From Eutreptiella sp. 'Long Island Sound 2002' (lineage: Eukaryota > Protista > Euglenida): a stretch of DNA of 64,000 bases. The notes under the pieces are model-generated. The model saw only the letters and a program-made list of their open reading frames with translations. It ran no database searches and was not told the DNA's origin. Both the position numbers and the translations under genes were made by a program. Position 1 is the first letter of the stretch, and each line of letters starts with the position of its first letter. Shown here one piece after another: positions 1-12,392 of the stretch. Where the stretch lies: contig OZ038379.1 in assembly GCA_964036045.1 (NCBI GenBank), forward strand, positions 20,150,001 to 20,214,000, given 5' to 3'.

Positions 1-199
1 CTCCCCCCCCCAAGGAAATGATAGTGTAGGAGTGCTAGATTTTCACTCGCTTGTCCCTCAACAAATTGGCAATAGCAAGTTGGTGTTTCCCAGCACATTG
101 CGTATCATGTTTTATTTTGTGGTTCTTAGATGGAGCTGAGGTACTCCGAGATGGCCTTTACGTCTTGTCAATTTTCTTAGAGATGCTTTGCAGGAGCAG

Positions 200-1790
200 G
201 GGGGCTGCTTTCTATATAGGCCTCTGTGTTACCAGTGGGTGATCACAGGTACTATAAGTCTTTTGGGAATTGAACATTTTGTTTGCCTTTTGTCTAGGGG
301 TTGGGAGGTGCGGAGGCGGACGCTCCTTGATGAAATGTTTAATGGTTGTCATGGGGGGCTTGTGCCTGCTCACCAAAGCCTCTTTCAGTTGAGCAGTGCG
401 AAGACCAGGAGACTTCGGGGGGACATGTTGACAAAGCAATTCACTGGCTGACAATAGAAGTAGCGTTCGAGCAACACTACGGAGCCCTACTACCGTCCGT
501 ACCCCGTCCAACCACGAGAGAGCATGAGGACCAAACGTGAGACCCCAAGACATTGCTGCGCGCTCACGAAAGGATCGCATGGTATAGCTAAAGGCCAAGC
601 AAGAAACGGCGTCCATAGGGTGTCCCTAAGGCCATGCAAAGGCGATTACACCCTAAGCATGACCATACAAGGATAGAGAAACGTCGTAGTTCTGACTCCG
701 CCGAACATGCATCTTCTTGGTTTTCTTCGTCCAGGATCCAGTGCGCCTTTGGGATGAAAAAAATGAATGGCAAATCAGCCTGATGCAACCTACGCAATAA
801 GAAATGCCATCTTTGCCCGATGAAGCAAAGCGTTCATGAAACACCTTTGCTCGATTCTACGTATGTAGTAGTAGCCATTCGTGTAAAGACGCTGAATCGA
901 GCTCAGCAACTCCTCGGCGAGATCATAAGCCCGAAGTGACGTCAACGAATCCTTGACAACAACATTATCAAACGTCTTCTTCCAATCGACGTACAAATCG
1001 CGCGCCCCCTCGCTCCCGGGTCTCTAGCTGGACACCACATCATTGATGTGCCCGCACCTATGTCACTAGCGGCGCCTGAATTGGGTATGGTTGATGAGCC
1101 CATGTGTCCAACTATACATGTCCACCGTTTGGAGCAGTAAAGAGGCCGGCAGTTTCACTATGGATGGTATCAAACAAATAGGTCTATAATTTTCGGAAGA
1201 ATGTCTCTCATCTTTTTTTGTATAAGAGGCACACTACCGGAGACGACCAGTGTTCCGGAGCTCGGGCACTCAACACCATGTTATCTGCGTCTAAGACTTG
1301 CCTACGGATACTGTCCAGGCAAACGTTCAGAACGTCAATATTCAAATGTCGTTCCACTGTGCTCCCCACGGGACACGCTGCCATGACTTTGGAGTCAAGC
1401 TGTTCCATGGTGGCCGTCCCAAGTTTGTCTTTGCGCAATTCGGTGGCGCATTTAGGAATACATTGGAAACAGTCTTCTAGCACCTAGTCTTTCTTCTGAA
1501 AACCCGGGTCTCCCCCAAGGATGGATGTTGTTTGTGTAAACATTTGTCGCAACTTTTCCCAATCGTGCTCTAAAGATGGCATTTTCTCCTCCCCATCCGA
1601 TAGGGAGAGTACTTCTTTTGCGGAGGGGTCTTTTGCGGTTTCTACCATGCACTTTGTGCAAGCTCCTCGTACGAGAGCACGGTGGAGTCGTTTCTTTTGA
1701 TGGTTGGCAATGAACAATTTCCATTGCAGGAAGAAGAAGTCACTAACTAGGTCTTTTGTGAGGTACTTGAGCCACGCCAAGTGTCCCCTA
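200..1790 (-). mobile_element. Degenerate non-LTR (LINE) retrotransposon, ORF2 reverse-transcriptase region
   Basis: Minus-strand fragments read RAPEHWSSPVVCLLYKK (about 1210-1260), SENYRPICLIPSIVKL (about 1150-1195), MYVDWKKTFDNV..LTSLRAY (790-996) and MDAVSCLA..SWGLTF (about 550-616). These match LINE RT motifs in the correct order but are broken by stops and frameshifts. Confidence 0.75.
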
Positions 1791-1859
1791 TTCTTTGTTA
1801 AGTAGTTTCAACTAACGCTTCAAATGTTTTTCATTCTTTTTAGAGCCTTAAGCACACAT

Positions 1860-3150
1860 GTCAAAGTCAGTAGGGTGGCCCATTGATGCTTGTGGGGTGC
1901 CATGCCAGCAAATAGAGCAAGAGCACACATAGGAGACTGAACTCTCTTGTCTAGATCCCCTGCTCTGCTACCTCTTTGCTCTATGTGGATCATGTACAAC
2001 GTTTGCCTAGGTTTGGTGGCTATGACACCTATCCACTAGTACCTTGCAGCCTATGGTACTTCACCCATGCCTTCCCATGCAACAAGAAAATCACAGGTGA
2101 GCACATTCCAAAGATACTCGTAAAACAATCGTTCAAACTGTATGGGGCACCCAAACAGGTGTACTACGATGAAGATGTAAGCACCCATTCTGACACCGGG
2201 TGGTAGAACAGTATGTCGAATGAACAAAATATGCAGCTAACCACAGTTTTTCCAAACAGACACACACACACACACATACACACACATACACACACACAAG
2301 TCTATCCTTCTGTGTGAGAGACAAAACCGTGTGGTGAAGCAAAATGTGCGTGTGCTCATGAAACAAGAGAGTGCCCAAGATTGGGTGCACCTGCCATGGG
2401 CAGTTTTCACCATCAACTCCCAACGGAGTTGCTCCACTAGTTTCATCCTCCAACAACTTTGGAGGGCCCCTTAGTTGGTATTTCCAAAACCTCTTTCACT
2501 GAAGACTTCACAAGTTCTTTGGGTGACTGGCTTCAAAAAAGCAAGATCTTGCTAACTAGGCTGCAACTAATGCAAAAGACGTTCGTGAACATAAACTAAC
2601 CAAGCGGAACAGCTTCAGCCGTGCGGCGACCTATAGAGTTGGTAACCTCGTGTTGGTGCACCACTCGCATTTGCCTTCATGGCTACGCATGGCTTACAGA
2701 CCCATGTCTTGGCCCTTATCGAATTATAAAAGTGGATTGATGCACAACTACTACTAAGAGCAGTCCCCGTCTAGGTAGGGAACAATTGCGTGCAGCAAAA
2801 CGGTTGAGACGCTATCACTCCCCCGAGGATATGGGGTGGGATAAGTGGCATCTCAGCAAATGTGAAGTTGAAAAAAATTGCCTAGAGAACCCGGCCACCC
2901 CAAAAGAGCTTGACAAACTTGAAGAGACGACTGCTGAAGAGATGGCAGTCGATTGCTACTACATGGTTGCATGAACCTCACGTCACAAGTATAAGCAGGG
3001 GTAGAAATTCGTCACGCTTTGGGTGGGGCATGGGCTTTTGAGACAACTTGGCAGCCCACATCTGCCTTCATACCACTTGAAGGGACTACCAATCCCATTT
3101 TCCGTTCTTATATCGTTTAAGATGCGCAACTCCTAACCCGCACTCAGACC
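1860..3150 (+). mobile_element. Degenerate Ty3/Gypsy pol fragment (integrase + chromodomain), same family as the element at 62514-64000
   Basis: LYVDHVQRLPRFGGYD..YGAPKQVYYDED (1976-2206), LCERQNRVVKQNVRVLMKQE, DPCLGPYRII..SPRLG and AEEMAVDCYYMV..KYKQG*KFVTLW align collinearly with the intact integrase-chromodomain ORF at 62514-63929. Many stops and frameshifts. Confidence 0.85.
2258..2298 (+). repeat. Imperfect (CA)n microsatellite inside the old Gypsy integrase
   Basis: Sequence reads acacacacacacacacatacacacacatacacacacac. Confidence 0.9.
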
Positions 3151-3422
3151 CTGTTGCAGCGCAAGAGGACGAACCAACCGCCATAACCCTACCTTGTTGC
3201 CCTTCGTAACCGAAGTGAAAGCGGTAGCTAGCTTCAATACCAGGTGCTACTGTCTGTACGTCCCCTTTTGCCTTTGGGAGTCTCCTTGGGGCCACGCCCG
3301 CGGGCGTATAGGCTCCCCCTGGAGGTAGGCTTCCTCCCTACTAATACATATAGGGCTACCTCCCCATACTTGGCTTAGGTGAAAATGCTCCTACAAGGCG
3401 TCTGTTGTTCACTCCCACCAAC

Positions 3423-3770
3423 AAAGAATCTGCAGCATTCTGGAACAGCTGCAAATAGCTTTATTTGTAGTTATTTTTGCAACTTGTTTTCCCTTTTACA
3501 TAGTTCAAGTACCATTGAAGAATCATTAAACCTTCAAAGTAATTAGAACTTGCGCACAAACTGTCACCGCCACATAGCGCCCTCATTGTGGCGAAATTGA
3601 TCTCTTGATCAAAAATGTCGTGAATGAGACTCTGGCGCCCTTGGTGGGCTTTTTTACAGCAGTTTTGATTTTTTCAAGCTTTCTTTTTATTGTTAGATTA
3701 ACCCCATCAGTTGTAGTTCAAGAATAAAATATGAATTGGATGAAAGTTGCCATAGGGCACTTTTTGTAGT
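3423..3770 (+). repeat. AT-rich dispersed repeat, copy 1 (copy 2 at about 4852-5225)
   Basis: Collinear blocks are shared with 4852-5225: gaatctgcagcatt, atagcttt.tttgt.gttattttt.caa, tcattaaacctt.aa..aattagaact, ctctggcgccc.tggtgggct, gatgaaag.tgcca. Roughly 70-75% identity by eye. Confidence 0.65.
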
Positions 3771-4851
3771 AGCTGAGGAGAGACCCATAAATGGACTTTG
3801 TTACCATAAGGTAAAAGTAATCCTTAGTGCGCTAGGGTACTAACCTTATTCAACCCCACTGCTACCCTTGACCTTAGGACCTTCGTCAAGATATAGATTT
3901 TAAAGTTGTCACAAGTTTGTTTGGCAAGAATGAGTTCAGAGGGTATGCAACTAAGGAACATTGTTTGCAACACCGTAGAGGCCCCGAAGGTGCCGCAAAG
4001 ATGTGTGAGCTAGTGGTAGCCAAAGGGCCTTGGGAACGCATTGTACATGTAGGAATGAACAAGGGCACCCTTTCATGAAAGCACTGAGGCTCAACCACCC
4101 CGTGTAGGGTTTGGAACCGGTTATGCCCATTAGCTGATTAAGCCGATTAAGTGCAATTAACCGGCGGCAAAAAGACTTAAAATCGAATCGAACCGGTTAT
4201 CTTTTAAAAAAAGTTCCTTTGCCTTGGTAATTGTGGGCGCGCGTGCCGCACTTTGCAGAAAAGCCGCATAACGGACAAAATGCAATGCAAAATCAATGAA
4301 CACTATCCAAACAAGATGAAAGAAAAAGTAAGAACAATGATACGAAGTATGTACAACGGTCAGACCTACATGTATATATCTAGCCGCAATTATAAGTGGC
4401 CATCAGCCTCGCTACCAACGTCTGTTCCCCCATTGCCTTTGCCAGGTCACAGAAGCTTCGAACCAGGAGTATGTATTCTTCCGTACTGTGTTCCTTGGCA
4501 ATTCACGCCCTCTCTTTTGCTGTCCGTTACTGCATGTATTAGCCAAAGCTTTAGATAGATTACAGCTACACTTACTGAACCAATCAATTTATTCAATGTT
4601 TTGTGCTTGTGTTGCTGAGTCCAGGGAGCTTTTTCTATTCGCCAAACTGTGTCTTTTCTGTACGGCACTAAAATGACTTGAAACGGTTCTTGTGGTCGCC
4701 CAACAAAAACATTATTACACCTTCAGTTTTTGGTAACCAAAAAACATAGAAACCTTGTTAACAAAACGGTAATGTGTATGGTGCTCCGTCCCCGCACTTA
4801 GTTTAGGTAAAATTCTCCAAAATGGTGTCAATGATTCGCTTACACCGGGAC

Positions 4852-5225
4852 GGAATCTGCAGCATTCAAGACTACCTTCAGATAGCTTTCTTTGTCGTTA
4901 TTTTTACAAATCTTTATCCCTTTTAGATAGTTCACGTGCATTTGAAAATTCATTAAACCTTTAAATGAATTAGAACTGGCGTGCAAATTGTCGCCGCCGG
5001 TTGCCGCCGTCGTTTGGATGCCAGTGATTTTTTTTTTAATGAAAAAGGTGGTGAATCAGCCTCTGGCGCCCTAGGTGGGCTGTTTTATGTCAATTTTTAA
5101 TTTTTTTGTGCTTTTTTCATTATTTTGAATTATCCTAAAAATGCCTTGATAAATTATATTTCTGCTGAAAATCAGCAGAGCAAGTTCAAGTTTAGGAATA
5201 GAATACGATGAAAGATGCCACAGTA
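4852..5225 (+). repeat. AT-rich dispersed repeat, copy 2
   Basis: Diverged direct copy of 3423-3770. Confidence 0.65.
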
Positions 5226-5559
5226 GTTTGAGTACTTTGTTCCTCAACATACAGCTCCATTGAAACCATGTAAATTGGTCGGCGATGCTTGGAATCCACG
5301 ATGATTGCGCTGCGAAGATCCTTTCCTTTAATTCCCACAAACTTTCAAGCAGCCGGGGGGGGGGGGGGGGTTGAACCACAAAATTGTAACACCCCAGTAA
5401 AACCGGACTGGCATCAATGTCATTGTCATCTGTAGCTTCAATGTCATTGTCATATGTAGTTGGGGCACTGGTCCATGAACGTTTGTAGGGTCCAGTTCAC
5501 AACACAGCTAGGTGCAGGGTTTGGGAATACGTGCCTTTGGTGTAGCTGTGGGGGGGGTT

Positions 5560-6050
5560 GCCCGGTGTGCTACTTTTCCGTTAACGGTCCCAACATTTCA
5601 AGGGCAACAGTTACCCTGAAAACATGCAACGCGTACTTAAAATTCCACAGGTCAGCACTCCATATGCCACCAATGGAACTGATGGGCATGGAGTCCGTGA
5701 AATGTGTCATAAAGCATGGAAAATTGGGACAATGGTTGAAAAGATTCAACTTGTCAGCCCGGCGAATTTCTTGTACAACATGGTTAAGACAATCGCAAAC
5801 ACGGGAAACGCTTGAGCCCAAGACGCCTCTGAACATCCTTTGTGCATCCATTCTACCTGCCCCTGCTGCTGAACAGGGACAGTGTAAAACTTCCTTGTGC
5901 AGTCCTACAAAGTCTTGAACAACTGCTCATGCTCCTCATCATCGAGAGGGATGGACAAACTGGCTGCAGCAGGCTTTGCTGCAGGCTGCTTTCCACGTTT
6001 GGGTGCAGGTTTGGGTGCGCCTTGAGGGAACACTTTCAGAGGTCTAAAGA
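5560..6050 (-). pseudogene. Possible decayed hAT transposase C-terminal (dimerisation) fragment
   Basis: A stop-interrupted frame reads ..PSVPLVAYGVLTCGILSTRCMFSG, which loosely resembles the hAT P-x-L-x-x-A-x-x-x-L..S..ER-x-FS motif. Weak support. Confidence 0.3.
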
Positions 6051-7354
6051 GTGCAATGGGTCAGAACAAAGGAGGTGCACATGAGATCTGACAACGAGGT
6101 CTCACAGTTGCGCAGTCATGTGCAATATGACACTGATATGCTTTTTTTCACGAACTAGTCAGTGATAGGGATGGTCATCACCCTCCGGAATCACTCCGAG
6201 AAATCTCACAGTACATTTGGGGGGGGGGGGCTGGACAAAGGGGGGGGGGTGTACCAAAGGGTTGAGGCTGCAAGCAGGTCATAAAGTGCTCCACACATGC
6301 ACGTCCTGGTATGCATGTGCAGCAATTCCTCAGTTCGATCACATCACTTCGGCTTCGTTATTAAAGGGTTGAGGGGGGGGGGGGGGCTGACACGACGTGC
6401 ATATGGCGCAGAGAAAAGGCCGTCTGGTCCAACCAAACACCCACAGTTACTGCTTCAGGGACCCCTCATCTAGGGGTCATATATCCCGCCGCCCCTTGAA
6501 ACCCCCCGAGTCATGGATAATAATGGGCGCTTGCCCCCCCCCCCCCTCCTTCCCCCGAGAGGGGAACTGTCACTTTGACTGGGTTACCTTTCGTGTGACC
6601 GCCCTGAAAACCAGCCACGCCGCTCAAACAAAGAAAACAAGCACTTCCTTCCATGAGATACTTCCCTTTTTTGACCAAAATAATCTTGTGTGTCTAACTG
6701 GCAACAGTTTGCAGCCACAAAAAGAGCCAAAACATGGGATTCTTCAACCCTTCGAGGGGGCCAAGATTCTTCGTTTCCGAAAAGGGGGGGGGGGGCATGA
6801 TTCTTCATTCTGGGTGGGGGGGCCATCGGGATGGGGGGGGGGGGGCATTGGCAAGGGGGGGGGGGGGTAGCCAGTAGTTCATATACAGCTGCTTGGTATG
6901 GCCAGACAGCTCAATCTCTGCGCTGTGCGAGCGCCGCGTCAGGTGCTCCACCCGAAATAGCCTATCTTTCACATGGCACACAGCGTAACCCCCGCATGAG
7001 GAGCCCCCCCCCCCGCCCTCCAAAGCTGCAAACTTGCAACTGGCATAAAAGCGAACATGGCAAGTGAGGCCTCAACGTGAGACCATCCTTTCCGGTGCTA
7101 TGCTGGAACGGTGCTATTTTGCCTGCTGATAGCAGTGATTGCCACATATATCTTTCGGTTGGGGCAACCATTGATTCGCATGCCTGAGATTTCTGGTAGG
7201 CCTGGTCACAGCAAACTTGCACTGCAACCAATGTGACCACCCCGGCTGGTGAGTACATCTTGGGTAGAGAAGGTCAGAGAATCATGCACACCAGACAGTA
7301 TGTGACACTGCAACACCATCTTGGGGATGGGTTGCTATGCTATGCCTAGAACTG

Positions 7355-7417
7355 CCACCACCACCACGACAACGACGACGACGACGACGACCACCACCAC
7401 CACCACCACCACCACCA
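7355..7417 (+). repeat. (ACC)n/(ACG)n trinucleotide microsatellite
   Basis: Directly visible; it produces the poly-T, poly-V and poly-P ORFs in the track. Confidence 0.9.
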
Positions 7418-9779
7418 GCATTGCAGAATCAAGAACAGCATGGGCAGCCAACACAAGATTGGCAGCCAAAAAAAAACGGCAAATTTGGCAGGAAAAGTTG
7501 CTCCATTGCATGTGCACTGCCACAGCAGTACACTGGCTCACATCCCTGGGCTTAAACCCCTGATAGAGATCTTTTGAGCTGGAAATGGGCACCAAAGACT
7601 GTTCCACACACCATGTGAGTCTGCACTCTCATGCATTGAGATTTGGCGAAGAAAACCCTTCTCTGCAAGGCTCAGCATGCAAGCTCGCTACCGTAGGTGA
7701 CTGCCAACATCATGTACATTGCACAAGTCCACGCAAGGAAGGCTGCACTCAACATGACGTGGGTCGTTGCTACTGCTGGAGAGGAAGCCACACCACTACT
7801 GCCTGTATGCAAAACAACACCAAAACGAGCTATACGGAGCAATGATTCGACATAAATATCCAATAGGGGCCAAATGGAGGAAAGGTATAGAATCTGCCAT
7901 TTGATTGGAGTTCAATAGAGAGAGTGTGCATATTTAGGAGCATAGGCCTTGGGCTTGAGGGCACTGAGTCCCACCGTTGCTTCCCCAAGGGTCGTTGATT
8001 GGGAGTTCAATAATACCCTCTTCCAATGCTTCTCGGGGACACTGTCAAGCGGAATCCATCCCCTAAAAACCATGTCACTGGCAAACGGTTAGTGACTGTC
8101 CCTAATTGTGCAGTCGCCATTGGTTGTCAACCCCACTGTGCCAAGGCACGTGCAAGATACAGGGGTGTATGTTTCGTATCGGTTGGGACCTGACTGCATA
8201 TTGGACAGAGGGATCAAGGAATTCAGTTGATGGTCATACATGTTGCGGGTTGTGGCGACGATGTTGGGCATTAAGATGTGGAGCTTTGTGGGTGCTTCCC
8301 ACGCACCGCGCGCCCTGCAGAATTCAAGCATCCTGCGTTCTAGGCCAGGCTGCACAGCACAGCCGCAGGACTTGAAACGCAAAGACACGGTGGCTTAGTG
8401 CCCACGTGCAAGGAGGGTTGAGGATGCACACCCTGATGTACGGTGTGCACCATGCAGCAGCACTCTCTGTGGGTCCAAAATAAAGAATGTGCTTGGCATT
8501 TTATAGCTGCAAAGTGTCGGAGTTTGTGGGCATCAAAATATTGTAAAGGGACTGGGTGGACCAGCCCCTGACCCGGTTTTGGAAGAAACTCTGATATAAT
8601 GCAATTTCCTCGAGAAAATTCCAAATTGCGGAATTGGCAAACTCAACCAGAGAAGGGGATGTATGCTTCACCACTAGTGGCACGCACTACAATGCTTTGG
8701 TTCAGCGAACTGACCGAAATTGCGCTGTGCTCAAGGTGCCTGCAAATGTGGCTGTCAAATTGCAAAGCTCTTGATCACTTTGTTGAAATGCGGCTGTATG
8801 ATATGCAAAAGTGCATCGTTTGTTCAACAGTGTTGAGAAATACAAACGTAGAACATGTAGATGTATGTTCCTTGTTATTCAGAAGGGTTTAGATTCAGAT
8901 CATCTTGGGCACCAGCCAAGATCCCAGCACAAGTGAACAATCCACTACCCACCCGCAGCATATATGGGTGGCGTCGGAAAGGGAGAGAGTTTCGCGGGGG
9001 CCAGCTTTGTTGAGCCCTGGAACCACAACAATTGCTGTGTTGGGCCAAAGCCCTATGACACCTGACATGCAGGAACGGTTCGTAGGGGATTGTAACATAC
9101 CATTGGCTTGGTGCCAACTGCCGTCAAATAATGACAATGGGTCAGGCTGGTTACATTTTGTTGAACGCCCAAGCCGAACACAGACTAGGGCACCGCACCA
9201 TTGCTTTGGCATGAAACGGGCCTCCACACAAACTGCAGACTATCAGTACCCCCCCCCCCCCCCCCGCCCCTTGTCCAAGCACGCCAAAAGTCAGAAAAAC
9301 GACGGTCAGACAGGCTCATGTGCTTAGCTTCAATGATGCATTGGCCATCACCCAGGGAATCTCAACCTCAGCAATCTTGTCCAACAGTGCAACTTGTCCG
9401 ACAAGGCGGTGAAGCCGCTGCCCACGTATCGTTCTTTGCTAAGGCAGCGAAGCCGCCTCCCATCACTGTTCCTCAGGTCAGGTCAGTGGTCGGTGGTCAG
9501 AAGTCGGGTATTCCCTGCTCCTGCACCGTCCCCTCTTTCTGGTCGTCTCACTCACATCTGTACTGAACAGGGAATCTTCCGACTCACTGTCACTGAACCT
9601 ACTGTCTGACGATGCTACTATGGATGTGCTGTGGTCTGTGTCCCGAGGCTCCATGAGGCCTCTGAGGACGCGGATTTCTCTCCGGTCCCTTCCCCGTCTG
9701 ATGACGAGGCCCCTGAGTCCATGGGGTGCAGTCCCAGTGCTTCCCACTCCGGTTCTGTCCTACGTCTCTTATTCTTCGG

Positions 9780-10690
9780 GTGCTGCAACCTGCCGGCCTC
9801 TGCCAGCTGGTCTGCGCGTTCATTCCCTTGCAGTCATACATGGGATGGGGTCCACTCCAAGCGTACGCCCCCCCCCCTGGTCCCGCAGCTGCAGAATGGC
9901 CTCCCATAGGTCGCGGTGTCCCACCTCCCCTGAGGCCGTTCTCCACCCAGCCGCCTCCATTTGGGTGACCAGTCCATGATCCCCTTTTAGACGCATTCTG
10001 AGTCTAGTACCACTACCATGCGTTCACCGAGTTGTCTCAACCTCAGCGCTCGCGGGACGCCTCTCAACTCTGCCCGACTGACACTCTGTCGCTCATGTGG
10101 CGGCACGGGGGCGGAGTAATTGCGTTGTGATGCCTCCCCAAATATACGCCGAAACCAGCTTGCCACCACCCTCCCACCTGCTTCGCTGACCCGTCCGTAA
10201 ACACGACGATCCAGCCTTCCCCTTGCATCACTGACAGCCGACTCTCTAGTTTGTCCCGATAATCCCCCCCCTTTTTTTCCTTGGCTTCCTGCGCTGAAAC
10301 CTGCACACTGGGTCGCAGGAAGACCGGGGTGGGGTCCCTTCGCACGAAAAACATCTTGTTGTCAACCCAGTTGCCCTATTGTTCAATCAAATAACTCAGA
10401 TCTTTCCGTGACACTGTCATATCTTTCTGTGCCCTCCATACCTCTAATACTGTCTGCCACCTTGCCACAAAGTCATCCAACGAGGGTCGGAGTTCCAAAT
10501 ATTTCACACCGCATCGTACTGACCACTGGGCTTTTTGTGCAGCCCATAGCACAAGTCCCTGCATGCTTTGCAGGGACACCACCGGCTCTTCTAAAAGAAG
10601 TCGGCTGGGTCCAATCACCCCCCCCCCTTCTTTTGGGATTACCCCGAATGCCTTTCTCACTGTATCAAAAGAGAAAGGCGCGAACATACA
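9780..10690 (-). mobile_element. 3' part of a non-LTR retrotransposon with C-terminal RNase H (decayed)
   Basis: RNase H motifs occur in order across frameshifts: WIVVFTDGSAKQVGG (about 10180-10225), SRAELRGV.RAL, VVVLDSECV, HV*LQGNERADQLAEAG (about 9790-9845). They are preceded by an L1/Tx1-like C-terminal segment LVLWAAQKAQWSVRC..RPSLDDFVARW (10376-10687). Confidence 0.8.
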
Positions 10691-11624
10691 GTAGTCGTAG
10701 GCTCATGTGCTTAGACAAGCCCGTGATTGCGCATGACGCGCAGTACCAAAAGAACGTATGTTGCCGAAAACCTGTCTGTACCTCACCCTAACCACAATTG
10801 TTGCAACGCACGATGACAAAATGTGCCGGCAATTCCGATACCCACTTTCCAAACTGTGCATGTGTTGCATGAGCTTGCACTAATTTGCCTGAGCCCACAT
10901 TGTACTATTAGGAGGGGACACATACAGTGGCGCACCCCTCTTGCGCATCATAGGAGCATGAAACTCATGCCCATTCCGCATGTACCTCACGTGAAAGAAA
11001 CCATCCACACAAGTGGAAGGACCAACGATTGTGGTGGGCACATGTTCACAGGTGGACCAGGGAGTGGCAACATCAGCCATGGCTGAAAATCACACCAAAA
11101 CAGACAGCATTGGGTCGTAGTTGCAAGTGGAATGTTGGTATGAGCACGAGGAACTACCAGAAGCATGATCCAGCTCCCCTTTCCCTTTGCAATCGAGGCA
11201 CAACGCCGTAACGTCACATTTCTGACCATAAAAACGCAGTCAGAAAAATCCAGAAAAAACGACAGTCCGATGGGCTCATGTGCTTGGACAAGGCAGTGCT
11301 TGGACAGGAGGGGGGGGGGGGGGGGGTAGATAGGCCACGCTGCAATGCGTGCAGCACATGAGCAGAACCAACGATCCCTGTTTTGTCACAAACAACATGT
11401 GATCAAATCAACCTAAAGTTTGTTGTCTCGTTTGTCAAAGAGGTTGCATGCATACCTCTAGCGTGAGGCTGATCATGGCTGAACGGGGGTTCTTTCAAGG
11501 AAACCTCTTTCGCTTTACTTAGCCACACTACTCTTCTGCAACACCAGCTGTTGTGGCCCTCCTTCCTTGCACGGGCAAAACACCATATGTTGCGTCGTTT
11601 TCATCACGTCAACGGCCAGGTCTC

Positions 11625-11800
11625 CCACAGTGCCAGGCCAGGGCCGCGTGGTGCAGCGCCGTCAGTCCCCGCTTGTCCCGCCCGTTGACCGCCGCGCCGA
11701 GCGACAGGAGATACCCGGCCGCCTCGACCGCCCCGGTCTCCGCGGCGCAGTGCAGCGGGCTCTTGCCCTCACCGTCCGCCCAAGTATAACAGCAGCAGCT
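11625..11800 (-). pseudogene. Isolated ankyrin-repeat coding fragment (orphan exon or captured gene piece)
   Basis: GKSPLHCAAETGAVEAAGYLLSLGAAVNGRDKRGLTALHHAALA is a canonical ankyrin repeat with a GC-rich codon pattern. The upstream LLLLYLG is in a different frame and a stop follows soon after. Confidence 0.7.
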
Positions 11801-12392
11801 GCGGCAACACTGACAACAAGTAACAGGCTGCTTGTGCCATTGCATGTGCAGTGAGTAACTTGCCTTGTGTTGTGCTACCTGCCAAAATGAATTGCGATTT
11901 CCATGATTCTTTCCATGTCTAAAAAGCGACAGTTGCGGGCTGTGGAACTGTGGGTGCTTTGGGCTGTAAGTATTGGGGGGGGGGGGGGTTGTGGGCAATG
12001 CGTTTGTGTGAAATTGGGGCTCCAGGGGTTTCTGACTGTGGTACTGCAGGAATCTGTGGCCAGTCAGGAGCTCTCGGAGCTTCGGGGTGTGGAGCACTTG
12101 GGCTATGTGCAGCTCTGGAGCTGTGGCTTTCAGGAGTGCGGGGCCTTAGGGGTATAGGGTTATAAGGAACTACAGGGAAGTACAGGAGTGTGGGGCTGTG
12201 GCATTTTAGGGGGCTTTGGCGAATGCTCCGTTCAGCATTGTAGAACAACAATGTCATGGCTCTCGCGCCAAACCTCCTGCTTTCCCACTAAAACACTGGT
12301 TGGTCAGCCAAAGAAGTCCTGACCAGGGTTTTCAAATAAAAATACGTACAAACCGCATCGAATCCGACGAAATGCACAATGTGAAACCTTTC

